Source: Lepidodermella squamata (Eukaryota; Animalia; Gastrotricha). Taken from it: 64,000 nucleotides of DNA. Shown one piece after another: positions 37,130-50,500 of this stretch (position 1 is its first letter; the number at the start of each line of letters is the position of its first letter). The DNA lies in the NCBI GenBank assembly GCA_047495785.1, contig JBLDXI010000103.1, positions 1-64,000 of the forward strand, read 5' to 3'. Below the pieces are notes generated by a model that saw only the letters and a program-made list of their open reading frames with translations, did not search any database and had not been told where the DNA came from. Made by a program: the position numbers and the translations under genes.

Positions 37130-38046
37130 ACAACTTATTGAAATCGTGATCGTCTCATGATTTTCCCTCATTTCATAAAGAAAATTCTCAATGTGGATCA
37201 AATAATTTTATATTTATGTAAAAAATGACCTTGCCACGCCCTCTGCGCGGTTTCCATTGACCACGAGCGTAAACTCCATATTTGTTGGTAAATTGCTACG
37301 GCAGAAAACCTTTGTTCCAAAAAGGCTTATGGATCGCACGACCAAAATGTTTCATCGGGGGGTCATGGCAACGATCGATTGACCAATCAGCGTGCGCATT
37401 GGATTGGAGTTTCAAGTGGTCACGCAATGCAAGCTGTTTTCGATAAACATTAGAAAAATCACTCATGCGAACCAACAATATGCGCCTGGGCTCATAAATT
37501 CAAGAATTTTGAGTGTATTTGGCGTGTCTATCTTTGAAATTTCGACGTCATGTCGGTTTGGCCAAAAGTCGGTCTCAAATGAGATTTTTATAGTTACGAG
37601 CTCAGAATTTACTGCCAGTCATTTTTCTGAAAATCGCACCTCAAAATTTCCAAGTAATATGTCCGCTTTCGTTCCTTTTTGCGAGTTCATAAGCAGTATG
37701 TAATATGTTCATAGCATGAGCTCGAGAAGAGCATCAAAAAATCACTCAATCGCGAGCCAAATGGTGGTGTGAAAATCACCGAAAAAAATCGATGCACGCA
37801 TGAGGAATTGAACCGCAGCAGCGCGATGTTGATGTCAGCAGGTGCATTTTTGGCTTTGTGCTTACTGCGAATGAAAGTGAGAAAAATTACCTTCATTGTT
37901 TCGAAAATTATGATTCTGGGACAATATTTATTATATTGCCTGTCTAGACTTGCGAATAATTTTTTCGGTATTTATAAAGCACCAATGTTGAAGTCATTGA
38001 TTTATTCTTTCTTGAGAATACGAGTTCCGAATTAAAGCCAAGAGTC

Positions 38047-38335
38047 ATGCATTTTATGGGTGCTTTTTGTCTCTCTATCCTTTTGTTTTCCGCGGCTGTA
38101 TCGTGCTGCAAACCGTGCCGTGCTGCGGATTATCCATTATTAAATATCGATGAAGACATGCTTGTCGATGCTCAAGAATTAAAACCAGAAGAATACCCTG
38201 GTAGAAGCATCAACACCAACGACAGGAATAAAAATCCCATAAATGAAAAAGGAGAGTAAGTTCTGAATTGTTTTATTTTTCCGCATCTAGCATAATAATT
38301 ACAGACCCGGTCTTCAGCAAGAATTTGGTCTCTGA
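38047..38335 (+). CDS. Family-B small secreted acidic peptide, copy A (79 aa; exons 38047-38255, 38305-38335)
   Basis: Cys-containing signal-like N-terminus, VDAQELKPEEYPGR, phase-2 intron, C-terminus EPGLQQEFGL*. Confidence 0.6.
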
Positions 38336-38974
38336 AGTTTGATAAGGGAGAAGCTATGATAAAACTTGCAACTTTGGAGGATCACATAATGTATGAGCAG
38401 ACCGTTCATCGTGATAATAAAGATCTGAGGTTCTCATCTAGATGCGCTTTTGGTATCTATGCTTGATTTACGGGAATTTAGGCAATTATGACCATTTTAT
38501 TGCTTCTTCACATCGACCTCTCCGAAGGGATCAGTCCCATGTCCCATCATTCCGAGCTTGTGGATCATTTTCCTGATCTTTGTTGACGTACCCTGGGGAA
38601 GGAACTTACTAGGCCTGTCTAAAAATTAGGTCCAAGTTTGGCGAGTCAATTCTTTTGGGATGGGTCCAAAATACTCCATATTTGCTACTTTGCCCACCTA
38701 TCTCGCTTGACCTTGACTTTCAGCTCAATTAAAGGTTGTTGAATGCTCCCCTCATAACTCATAAGAGTACAGAACGGGCAAGATGTACCTGAAACGTGAT
38801 CAAAAGTTGACACTAACCGTTATAAATTCAAACATCAATAAATGTTAATTAGTTGGTAATGCAGGGGCCTGTATATCTAATTTCGGCTAATTCCTTTGAA
38901 ACCTGAAACTTCCCACGGCATTTTAATTTATTTAACACAACACCTCGGTTCATACCTCGCGATATTCCGCTTTC

Positions 38975-41302
38975 ATGTCCTTTACAATCACTCTTGCAGC
39001 TGGGCTTGTGTTTGCGGGGCTGAGTTATAGCTCAGCAAAGCCTTACAAACTGAACGTTTTATACATAGCGCCGAATGGTCTGGTGAGAAACAGCTCGTTT
39101 CAGGTTGTAACTCAATTCGTCACTAATCACGTCAATTCAAGAAATGACATTTTACCCGATTACGAACTGCAGCTGACCATTGGCGATGAGGGAAGTGGCG
39201 GAACTTTATCCGCCCGTCACGTGATCGATTTCGACAGAAGTTTCTCAAACTCGTCTACTTACAAATCGCCCCTAATTTTAGGCCCAAGTACCTCGAATGG
39301 TTGCAAAGCAGCTGGAGCTCTGCTAGTTCATCTGAACCTCGTTGAATTAAGCACGTTCTGCGCAGCACCGATTTTAGTTGACCGAACAAGGTTCAGGAAC
39401 CTATTTCTCATGTTCTCAACCGGCCGAGTTACAGCGATAGGTATTATCCTTTTTGTGAAAGATGTCGGAAAATGGTCACGGATAGGGATATTAGCTGATG
39501 CCTCTAATCCTTACTCGTTTGCCACTGCGGTTAACGTGAACTCAGTCGCGACCCAAGCAGGCATTGATGTTCCCTTTTTCGATGCTGACATCGAAATGAT
39601 TTCGGATAAAGTTTCCACTCTGAAGCGGCTTGACGTACGAATCTTAGTGTTACTATCATTTTCTTCCAATAAATTTCTAGGATGGAGTTTAATCTGTAAC
39701 TTGGCGAAGCATGGAATGATAGGGCCCAAGTTTTTCATCATCACAAACACCAACTATCCGGATTTTACGGACGTCCCCGAGGAGCCATATCCTGGCTGCA
39801 AAAGGACCATAATCGCTGAAGCTTTGAAATATCTAGTTTTCATCTACCAGCAACGCTACGACGAATTTCTGTCTACAAAGTCTTCATTCGGACATTCTTT
39901 CGCCGATTTTGAAGCTTCGATCAGATCCATTCAGCCTGACGTTAAGTCATACTCTGATTACGTCTTAACCTTCACATACTACGACACGCTGCTTCGAGGG
40001 ATTATAGCTTTGAATGAGACGGAAATTCGGTTGAAAGCTCGGAATTTCAGTCTTCGGGATTACGAGCTAAACCAACGATTCGTCATGGAAATTGCAAACG
40101 AGACGCTGTATCAGTTGAGAGTTTCTGGACTTCGGATGGGAGAAATGTATTACGACAAAACTGGAGAGGTCGATAACGACGTCATTTCCATAGGCCAATA
40201 CACTTCTATCTCAGGATATCGCAATGTTATATCGGTCCGGTTGAAGCACAATGCAAATGATTCGAATTTTACTTCGTATGAGACTGTCAAAATTGGAGGT
40301 AATCAGTACAATTTCTCATCTGGCCAGCCGCCGAGGGATTGCAGGAATTACGTTACTTTCATTCAGCAAATCTCATGGGGGGTCTGTCTCACTGTAATCT
40401 CTCTCGCCTCTCTACTTTCGATCGTTCAATTAGCTTCTATGGTGATTGGCGCAAGGGAGTTAATTAGGTCAAGCATTGAAGACGAGCACGACTTTTCAAT
40501 TAAAATGTTTGGATTGTCATCGTGCATTGTTTTGAACATGTCGTCCATTCTTTTCGCGTGGCCGATTGGCCAATCTTCGGTTGAAGCACGTTCTCTTTGG
40601 ATTAGCAAAATTCTTCTCATTTGTAGTGGAAATTCTGGAATTTTCGCAATTACCTCATTCCGGGCGGTCTTTCTATGCAATGAACTAAGGCTGAAATACC
40701 TATTAAAACGCGAGCGAATTGCTTCAAGAGCTGTCCTAGCATATACATATCGTCGCGATGAAGAAAATATGCCCAGGGACGTGAGAATCGACCACCGTAG
40801 AGTCGCGAAACAAACTTTTGCTTCCACGGGAGTTTTCGTGCTTTCGAACATTATTCTTGCTGCGATTTTGTTTGCGACTCGCCGTGTATTTTGTGCACTT
40901 GAGTTCTATCATTCTGTCGAAGACGATGAAAATGATTTGACGATTCGTCAGCTTATCATGGTTTGTCAAAGTGATAGATTCAAGGTGTATTGTGGAGTTT
41001 TTCTGGCATTTCAATTCTTGCTGCTGTTAGCCGGTGCCTATTCAGCTTATCGGATAAAGAGGGACATCCCGATGGGTAAACGGCAGAAAATTCTGCCGGC
41101 TGAACTAGCGTTTGGCCGGTTTGGCATAGCTAATAGCTTGACTGTTCTCCTCGCTTCGGCTTTTATAGTTGAGACTTTGAGCGGAAATTACGCGGCCCAG
41201 AACATGTTTGTGGCCTTTGCTGGCTTGTTTCAATCGCTTATGTCGTCTTTGCTATGGATTTCACCGATTGTTCTAAGCAAGAGTTCTGAGCTATTTTCAT
41301 AA
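38975..41302 (+). CDS. Intronless class C GPCR, GABA-B-receptor-like (Venus flytrap + 7TM)
   Basis: Signal peptide, VNSRNDILPDYEL, LILGP..S..C, DRTRFRNLF, LDVRILV, seven hydrophobic segments, no Cys-rich linker, very short tail. Confidence 0.88.
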   Translation: MSFTITLAAGLVFAGLSYSSAKPYKLNVLYIAPNGLVRNSSFQVVTQFVTNHVNSRNDILPDYELQLTIGDEGSGGTLSARHVIDFDRSFSNSSTYKSPLILGPSTSNGCKAAGALLVHLNLVELSTFCAAPILVDRTRFRNLFLMFSTGRVTAIGIILFVKDVGKWSRIGILADASNPYSFATAVNVNSVATQAGIDVPFFDADIEMISDKVSTLKRLDVRILVLLSFSSNKFLGWSLICNLAKHGMIGPKFFIITNTNYPDFTDVPEEPYPGCKRTIIAEALKYLVFIYQQRYDEFLSTKSSFGHSFADFEASIRSIQPDVKSYSDYVLTFTYYDTLLRGIIALNETEIRLKARNFSLRDYELNQRFVMEIANETLYQLRVSGLRMGEMYYDKTGEVDNDVISIGQYTSISGYRNVISVRLKHNANDSNFTSYETVKIGGNQYNFSSGQPPRDCRNYVTFIQQISWGVCLTVISLASLLSIVQLASMVIGARELIRSSIEDEHDFSIKMFGLSSCIVLNMSSILFAWPIGQSSVEARSLWISKILLICSGNSGIFAITSFRAVFLCNELRLKYLLKRERIASRAVLAYTYRRDEENMPRDVRIDHRRVAKQTFASTGVFVLSNIILAAILFATRRVFCALEFYHSVEDDENDLTIRQLIMVCQSDRFKVYCGVFLAFQFLLLLAGAYSAYRIKRDIPMGKRQKILPAELAFGRFGIANSLTVLLASAFIVETLSGNYAAQNMFVAFAGLFQSLMSSLLWISPIVLSKSSELFS

Positions 41303-41506
41303 AGCGTCACAGTCGTTTCCAGCTTTCAATTGATAAGAATAAAGCAAGTTTTGAACCTTCCCTTGTTGATTAATGCCGAAAAGATTAGGCTTCAAACTTC
41401 GTGCAACAGACAGGATAGATGCGTGATTAGCATTTTCAACTCATAATATCATAATTCGTAAGCTTATGCGATCAAATCGTCTAAAATGAGTTCATTCGAA
41501 TGAGAA

Positions 41507-42818
41507 ATGATACCCCTCAGAAATATTTGCTTCCTCATATACCATATACTAGCGCTATCCTCGGCGCAGAACTTCGACCAGTGGTCTTATCTGCTAAGAA
41601 GATGGCAAACAACTCGGCGATTTCAGAACTACAAAAGTTACGATCCTAAAGCAGAGGGAAGCCAAGGTGAACTGGACGCATTTTCTCCTCAGTATTGTGG
41701 TAAACTCGGCTCAATCGGTAATGTCAAACAGCACGTAACATTTGGTATGGGCCGGATTCTCGGTGGGATAGAGGTCAGCACTAGCATGTATCCATATCAG
41801 GTTTTGCTTATGTAAGACCTTTACGGTGACTTTGAGTTTAGGAGAACATGTTGAGCTTAACATTTTCCTGTATTCAGGATACGAGAAAACAGTGGCTTGC
41901 GTCAGAATTGTGGTGGCGTGCTAATAGACCGCGAATGGGTCCTGACAGCGGCACATTGCTTACAGAAACCGCAACAGCACGTCGTGTTTTTTGGAGTCGA
42001 TTCCATTGACAAACAGCGAGGGCCGTTAACTTGTATGCTCGAGCCTGCTGTACAGCGGACGGTCGATCAAATTACGATCCATCCAAACTTCGAACGAGAC
42101 AACACCTTGGACCCAGCGTTTGACTATGCTTTAGTTCATTTTGGTAATTTTTCATGGATATGCGCATACTTTATGACTGAATTTACCTGAAAGAGCCCAT
42201 CGAGTATTCAGGCTACATAGCTCCTATCTGCATGTTCCGGCAAAATACTCCATTTTTCGATGGTGGAACAACAGCAGTTGCAACGGGTTATGGTTTGATT
42301 CGAAGTGGCGGCATCGTCAGCAAAGTATTGCGATCAATTCAGAACAATATAATGCCGATAAAAGTAAGTCCATTGAACTGAATCCGCGAAACCAGTCAAT
42401 TAATTTACATAGGAGTGTCAAATTGCGAAGTTCTACGGAAATCCTATCGATCCAGATACGGTTGGTGAATTTTCAGATTTTCATTTCAACTGAATGAAAT
42501 TGCTTTAAATTTAAACTAACACATTTTCAGATGATTTGCCTTGATACGAATGGGCAACGGGACACTTGTACGGGCGACTCTGGTGGACCCTGGGCCACTA
42601 TAGCCCGCCCGTTCCCTGGAGCTGGGCAGCGAATGACGTTGGTAGGAATAACAAGCTATGGGAATCCTAGCGGCTGCGGTGACCCTCCAAGTGTTGGGGC
42701 GAGAATTACTGACAACGTTGTAGCTTGGATTCTGAAACTCGTAAACAAGGGGGCGAAGAAGCGGAGAACCCAGAACGCAAACCTTCAGTTTGTCAGTAGC
42801 ATATGGAACAGGAAGTAA
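41507..42818 (+). CDS. Trypsin-like S1 serine protease (multi-exon)
   Basis: Signal peptide, R|ILGG, TAAHC, DYAL, RDTCTGDSGGP (Asp at S1). Confidence 0.93.
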
Positions 42819-44372
42819 ATAATCTTAATAGCTGGCAAATAAATCCCTATCGGTTGATGCTAAGCAGACAATTTTGGCATGGTATAAGTTATAAGTAATT
42901 TTCGCTCAAAGTTCAATATTTAATTTTAAATTTTGATTCCCCTGATTCGCTATCAAATTTTCTATTTTTGTATGAGCCTAATGTGTAGGATCCCATTTTC
43001 ACGCTCAATTACCACTGCAGAGAAGCAAGCACATTTTCGATGCATTGAGGTTGCCAATCAACCAATCCAGGCCAGAATTAGTGGTGGAAGGTAGAACAAA
43101 CAACGTATTATGATGATCACAGCCACTGGTTTTCTCCGAAATTTCTCCGAAAGAGCCAGCCGAGAAGACCGTAGAAAATTATTATTGATTCATTTCTTGA
43201 ATTGGCATATTTCTGATTTTATTTTACTACCATCGCCTGTTACGGCGCTCTCGGCGCGATTACATAGCCTCATTGACTCATAAATTTATGATGCAATCAA
43301 CAATGTAAAAAGGCGATCTAAAATTAACGGTAGAAAAGATAATATGCTTTTTCTCTAAAAAGAGTGCTGGTTATTAAACGACTTGTAGCCAGTCCCGTGG
43401 GTCGTGTGAGAGGCTCAGCTGGCTAGGTTTTGAAACTTCACGCAAATGCCAAGCTGCACTGTTTGATTTATCACGCGTTATGCAGTGTGAGGCGTTACAC
43501 AACGCGTTATAACGGCCGGGGCGCGCACACCGACTGTTTCTCGCGGTATCATAACGCGTGTTCAAGTGTTCAAGTGCGCCCTTGTCGTCCGGGCGCACGC
43601 CGGTGCGTCGCCGCCTATAACAACACCATTTGCGCCGCAGCCGAAAAGCCGCGCTGCTGCGCCGCCAAACGCCGACTTTCGACTCCTGCCGGCTTCAGCC
43701 TTTTGACTGATATTATATTATCACATTCTTTTTCCGACTTTATTGCATGCCATACGGGTCAGTTCATTCACAACTTTGGTTTTTCCTTACAAGCCTCGAA
43801 ACTTGACCGCGAGAATAAAATGACACAACGACGACTCTTTGTTGAAAATGAAATGACAATCTAATGAAAATGTGTTCGGTGCCTAGTTTCCATTTTCAAG
43901 TGAGTAGCTACTTATTGCCGCTTCAAGTCAAGAGCTGTGCGGTACTTGAGGTGATTCAAAGACGCACGAATTAATAAGACACCGACCGCAGAGCAGGTGC
44001 GCGTCGGTGTCCAAGAGAGTGCGATGAGGCGAGAAAGACACCTGACGGACACCAGACGCTGAGATAAACGGCTAAACCAGCTCATTTAATAATTATGAAA
44101 TTAAGGTGGCTTTTTGTTGGCCGTCTAATTACTCGCCGGAAATTTTTCTATAACGCCGCCGAATTTTTCCACGATTAAATCGCACAACAACATCCAATTT
44201 TATCAAATATTTCGCATCAATTTTCAGTCCGTTTCTCTACCACATGGCCCATGACCTTCGGTGTTATTCTTTTTCGATTTTTTTTCGAATTTAATAAGCG
44301 CTATTTAAAATGTATACGTTCTTTTTAGAAAGTCAAGAAAAACCGTTTACTGCAGTTTAGTCAGCTTCTGGC

Positions 44373-47300
44373 ATGGCTGAACCACCCGCGAAAAAGGCCA
44401 GGGTTGATACCGAGTTCAAGTGTTGCGCTTGCGATACCATTTACTCGAATTGCCATAGGTTGATAAAACACACGTACGAAAAACACGCCAATTGGGCTTC
44501 TATTCCCAATTTTCGCTTTTCATGCCCGTCTTGTTTAGTCGCCTTTACTGGTATCCGCCGCTTTATTGTTCACGCTCCTTCATGCGAAAAAACGTCAGCT
44601 GTCGTAGTAGCTTCGGTTGATGAAAGTAGCACCGATCCGGCGGTGGAAATTGCGGACGCGTTTCCTTTTGCGGCCTCAGGTTCGTTGCCTCATGAGGCGC
44701 CGCATGACATCGACCCTCCAGTTTCGAAACCTAAATTCACTAATGCGCATTTTGAGAAATTCGTTGGCGAAGGCATCGATTGCTCGTTCAGCCCTCCCAC
44801 GCCGAAAACAAATGTCGAAAAAGCGTTCGACCTTGTTCTTATTCTATGCGCCGAACTTCGGCGCAAAGGTGTCGCCATGTCGTTGATCGACAAAATCGCG
44901 AGTAATTTCGTTGCTCTCGCTTCAATTTTAAGCAATGAGGAAGTTCGCCGCCAGCTTTCGTCATTATGCTCTCAAAAAAGTCGAGAAAAGTATTTAGCAT
45001 CTCGCGGCCTTTACATTGAACCCAGGGAAGTGGAACTTACCGGCGGTACTGGCTACTACATTCCATTCGAAACTTCGCTAGCTAATGTCCTTTCTCGGAA
45101 ATCGGTCCAAGATCAGATTCGAAATCCACCAGAATTTCGTGACAATTTTATGGCTGATTTTTCGCACGGTGCGTTCTATAAAAAGATTTTAGAGCAGCTA
45201 GATCAAGACCGTTGTCTAGTTATTCTATTGCACGTTGACGATTTCGGCCTAACCAACGCCATTGGCTCAGCTCGCGGCTTGCATTCCATGACCATTTTTC
45301 AGTGGCAATTAGCAAATTCACATCAGCACGTCCGCTCCACCCTTGAATCGCGCAATTTTCTCGCGGTTGCTAATTCGAAATGTTTCAAGTTGTTCGCGGC
45401 TGTGAATTGGCGAAAAATCCTCAAAAATTTCATCATGACATTGCTAGCTCTTGAGTTGACCGGCATTGAAGTCCCGAATGTTGGTGTGCTACCAGTTCGT
45501 TTCCTCGCCCTTCTAGCCGATTGTTTGGCTGCCAAACAAATTCTCGGCGTCTTCGTATGTTTCGGCGCAAAAATTCGGTCGATTTGTTGTCACTGTGGCG
45601 TGTCGGGAAAAAAAATGGGCGATTTATGTGTTGTTGAGGTGAGCTGCTCGAAAACTGGCGAGGATATTCTCCGCCAGCTTAAATTGATCGACATGGCTCC
45701 TGATCGCAAAACCCGGGCTTTCAGGAAGAAGGTTTTCAGTCTACATTTCCGGTCGCCCTTCTTCGACGTTAGCTACTTCAGCTTCAAAAATTACCTTTCC
45801 GATCCTTTTCATCTTCTTGACCAGGCAAGTTTTTTATTAATTTACAATTTACAATTTTTCTCTATTTTTTTCCAACTTCCCGAATTTATTATTATTATGA
45901 AAAATAAATGCAATTTCGGAATTATTTCATTAAAATTTGGCGAAAAAATATTTTAAAATGTTAATTTTTTTCATAGGGAATCGTCCCGCGAGAGCTGGGC
46001 TTTCTATTCCGCTGGCTGGTGTGTTCGGCCAGAAAACTTCGACCAGCTGAACTCAGCGTTGGCGAAATTCAAAGTCTTCGGCAACCAGAAGACGCTGCTG
46101 GTGAAAAATTCCGCCGGCTCGCTATCGCTTCTCAGCAAGGGTGCGGAAAATTTCGATACTATCATCCAAATCTTGGCCTTCATCAATGCCACGCTGCCAA
46201 ACGCGCTTCCGGCTAACGAGCCGCATTTGGTATCTATCAGACTGCTCGCCATTCAGTGCCAGCTAACTATGAGCCCGATCGTTGACGACGTCACGCGTCA
46301 CCAGCTTCAAGTCGTCACAACAGCGCATCACCGGGCCTTTCAAGCTGCGTACCCTGAAAAATCAGTGGTATACAAGAAGCACGCCACTCATCATTTGCCT
46401 TTGACGACCCAGTCGGAAATCAGTAGACCGAGAAATAGCGGAATGATCGAATTAAGATCGAATAAAGATCTATCAACTATGATCGTAGAAATTAGGTCAC
46501 AGCTAGACCGAGGCGACCATTCAAACAGCCCTAATCGTGTAAATTGCGTCTATACCCATAGATCGAGGCTCCTCGATCGCCAATAGGTCAGATTTTGTTC
46601 AGATTCGGACAAGCCATCGCCATTATTCAGCACATGTAATTATTCCACGCAGGCCTAGCCACTTGGAGTAGGCCAGGGTCGTTTTAACAGGATCTAACCA
46701 GATCGATCTAGCCAGGGTCGACCCACAAGTAGCGATGCTCTGATTTGACCAATAACTGAGCCGCGTTCTAGCTCATCAATTTCACACACATGGATCTAAG
46801 GCGATAGATCTAGAGATGACCCACGGCAAATTCAGGTCATAAATTGTCTTGCTCGGTTCAAAATTGGTTTGAGTCCAGCACGTGTCGTTATGACGCAACA
46901 TTGTTACAGCAGCAGATTTCTGAACTACTTTGAGAATGAAATAAATCTCTCATTTCGCAATTCTTCAACCTAATTCGAATTTGTTATTTTTCATCATAAT
47001 TTTGGTTTGATTTTGTTGAGGCTGACTTGCTTTTTTCACTGCTATGCTAAAGGCTAAGGCTATGCTGCTACCTCAACACTCTTAGTTGATAGTCTTAGTA
47101 AACTTATTATGAAACCACATAACCGCTAAACCACGTGTAGTTTCTAGTTTTCGAACCCTAATTTAACCGACTGTGCTAAATAAACTTCAGCCACACATTT
47201 CATATTTTTAGAATTTTATCAATTTCCATGCCGATGTCACGGGCGAGAAATGGGGAATCGCAATTATCGCGGACTTCCTGCGTGGAAATTCGGCCGTAGT

Positions 47301-48971
47301 ACAGGCTTGAAATGACCGTCTATTTTTTCCTGAATTTTGTAAATAATTATTTTTACTTAAGATCGTTCCGTCACCTCAATTTTTTTGTGAAATCGCTTCA
47401 GGTTCAACACTGCAACACGTCAACAAGGCAGTCGTGATCTACTTGGTTTGTTATTTGTTCCGAAAATTCCACCTTAATTGTTGAAGCTACCTCATATAGG
47501 ATTGCTAGTATCCTGTCGAACCTGCCTCACAAGGCTGACTGGTAAACGGCCGAAGACATCGTCAATTTCGGTATGTCATCCATCATCCAATGCCGAGTCT
47601 CAGTTACAAGATTGTATGAAAACCAACTGCGCGGTAAGAAAATTACCTGCCTGTAAAATGTAGTTGAAAAACAAAAAAAATTGGTGAAATTTCAACAAAA
47701 TTATTAGGATCCTGAAATAATTTGTAAAGTTAACCTTTAATGCTCTCGTAGAATTTTCTGAGGCCAAGATTGTTTACCAATGATACGAAAGTTTCCGCTA
47801 TCCAATTTAGATGAATTACGCATTTATGAAGCAAAAATCAAAATTTTCAATTTTAATCAACAATTTTTTTTAATTTCCTGATTTTCAATTTTCAGAGAAG
47901 GAAGAAAATTTGGAATTCGAAACAATTATCGAGCGATTGTGGCTAAAAACTGCGGCTATCGGCTGGTTAGCAAAAAATATTTTCTGAAATTCTCATGTAA
48001 TTATTTCATTTTATTTTTTCCCCTGAAGCTTCAGCAATTTTCGCCGAATACTAATCGTTTGTCGAATTCAACCACCGTGAAATCGTGAGGGTAAGAAAAA
48101 TGAATTTTTAACAATATTTTGTTTTATGGTATCAGCAATAATAAAAAATTCAAGTTATTATTTTTTTCTAAATTGGTTCACAATTTTTGGCGAATTTCAA
48201 CCCGAATCTCGATCGACGTGAAAATGGTAAGACAATTTTGCAGCTATTTTTTTATTTATTTTTAGGAAAAATGTTTAGGTACCAAGATTCACCGTGCCAA
48301 GATAACGTGCTAAATTGCCTTATCGCCGATTTAATTTGAGCTCCCATTTCAGGTAAGACCCCTGATTATAGCGAAAAATGCGATTCTCATCTTCAATTTA
48401 TTTTCAGAGATGGAAGTTTGAAGATTTTCGCTTGACTGAAGCCGCGAATGACGAGTGACGACGACAAGGCGAAATAACTCGATTCAATTTCAACAATTCC
48501 AGGAACCAAGTCGTAGCCGGCTCGAAATTTCAAGCAGAGAGACATTATTTTTAATATTTATGTGATTTGTGATCAATTGCTTCATCGTGATAATAAGAAT
48601 TGATTATTGCTTAATGTTTTTAAATAAATAAATGAAATTATTGGAATAATTGCTTCCTATGAGGGTAACTGAAGCAAGTGGAGGAACAGCTGGGGCAAGC
48701 CGTGATTCATGCGGGCAGTTCAAGCCGGTATTATGAACTAGATCTACGCACGATCTAATCGCGAAAATTTAGATCTACCGCCGGTCTATCCATCAGGATC
48801 TATCCGCCGTCTAGGTAGTCGCTAGCTAGATCTACCCCAGTGTCATTTTTCGCATCCCACACGATCTATCCAGATAGACCCAATAATAGCGGTTAGGGTC
48901 TAGCTAGGATCTATTTTTTTACGACTGGGGATGCTCGATTTCGGCCCTGCTCGTTATTATTCGTGCGCGAG
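44373..48971 (+). mobile_element. EnSpm/CACTA(CMC)-like transposase with N-terminal C2H2 fingers, interrupted
   Basis: LHVDDFGLTNAIGSARGLHS, ADCLAA..CCHC, DPFHLLDQ|GIVPREL (GC-AG intron 45825-45976), HHRAFQAAYP..KHATHHLP; the frame resumes at 48932 as MLDFGPARYYSCAR. Confidence 0.8.
46408..48929. mobile_element. Non-autonomous EnSpm-like element nested in the transposase
   Basis: Termini CCCAGTCG...CGACTGGG, 2-bp TSD GA, subterminal GATCTA repeats; its removal restores the reading frame. Confidence 0.85.
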
Positions 48972-49030
48972 GTACATTTTCGCCCGGCTTATTATTATTC
49001 AATATCACTATTCGATCACAAAAACACAAT

Positions 49031-49828
49031 TTAAACAATTTTCTTTATAGGTTCGAGAATTTCTACGCCGATTTGAGGCGCGTTAATTTTGGCAAGTACT
49101 TTGCGAGCGTCTTCTGACGTTGGGCGGATACCGCAGACGTAGTTGATGTAGTCCGCCGTATCGAGACCTGCTGCTAAGCAGCGCTCGCCATAGCGTTTGA
49201 AGGCACCAAGGAAGACATCCTCAATGGAGTCGACTCCGGCGTAAGCGATGACGTCAATTACTTCCGTTTCGAAGGGCAGATCAAACAAGGCTCGAAGGCA
49301 GTGGGCTTGGATTTCCATCAGTTTTCCAACCGAGGAGGGCGCAAGGCAACGAAGGGCTGGGGCTCCATAGGCAATCAAGGACTCCAGGACTGTTTTATAA
49401 AAGAGCACACAAAGGTTTTTAGGCAAAACATGCCGCTTGGCCAGGGCGTAGAGGGCGCCAAGGCGAGGCTTCAGTTTTGAGGCAATTATTTCAAGATGGT
49501 AATTCCAACTTAGCTGGGGTGTGAGGTAAATCCCGAGGTAGCGTGCGCGGTTGACCTGAGGCAGGGGCTGGCCATATAGCTCAAAGCGTACTTCAGGAGG
49601 CGAGTTGCCATATCTACCGAAGACGATCACTTCACACTTTCCCGGACTTAAGCGAAGCCGCCATTTGTTGCACCAGACTTCGATTGAGCGTAGGCGCTTT
49701 CTTAGCCTCGCGACGCTGGCTGCAATCGAGTAGCCGAAGGCCCATATTAGGGAGTCGTCAGCAAATGTGCCTTTTGCGACAGATCTGGTGGCGTCTTGCG
49801 GCGAGGAACCTTTTGGCTGAATGTCCAT
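49031..49828 (-). mobile_element. 5'-truncated non-LTR retrotransposon (RT C-terminal part)
   Basis: FADDSLIW, WRLRLSPGKCE, RYLGIYLTPQLSWNYH, LFYKT.L...IAYG. Confidence 0.88.
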
Positions 49829-50278
49829 GTCATGAAAGATAAAAGATTAGTTTTTGATGAACTCTCAATTTCTATGTAGGAAATTTGCCTCAACTGCGGC
49901 AGCGGAGTAATTGTCCCGGAGATTCAGGTGCGCCTTGGTTGCGACAATCGATAAGCCCATTCTAGGAGCCGGCCCTCGATGGACCTTAATGGACTGACCA
50001 GCTTTGGCAGGGAACCTTGTGGCTATAGACACTTTGCTGTTGCTTCTCGTATAACGAACGATTTGGTCGAATGGATCAAAACTGTGGCGATGGAGTTTGA
50101 AAGTCCTTAAACGCTTATGAATCTGAAATCTGAAAGCTATTAAAAGCGCGTTGAAGTTGTTCAATTTTTTAAAAATTGAGACGATTCTTCACTTTATCGA
50201 TTAAATTTATTATGGATTATTTTTTCCGCGCAGAATCAAAAGTCATTCTTTCAGGTGGCTGGTTCAGTCTTCTCGTTT

Positions 50279-50423
50279 ATGAATAATTTTATCGACACCT
50301 ACCAATCTTGCGATATATATATCGCAAGATTGGTAGGTGTCGATAAAATTATTCATGAAAGTTTAATTTATGCTCATTTCAGCTGCCGACTCGGCAGCTG
50401 AAATGAGCATAAATTAAACTTTC
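50279..50423. repeat. Two abutting perfect palindromes upstream of a protease gene
   Basis: 78-bp palindrome 50279-50356 with no loop; 33-bp arms with a 1-nt loop 50357-50423. Confidence 0.95.
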
Positions 50424-50500
50424 CACAAAAGAGAGGTTACTGCTTTATAAGTATAGCTATCTCTAGAATCTAGCTGAAGTATCTCATTACTACTACAGAA

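Noticed and set aside
39511-41014. Minus-strand ORFs mirrored in both GPCR loci
   Set aside because: Antisense by-products of conserved coding sequence.
46408-46586. C-terminus of the 175-aa ORF as the true transposase end
   Set aside because: Read-through into the nested element.
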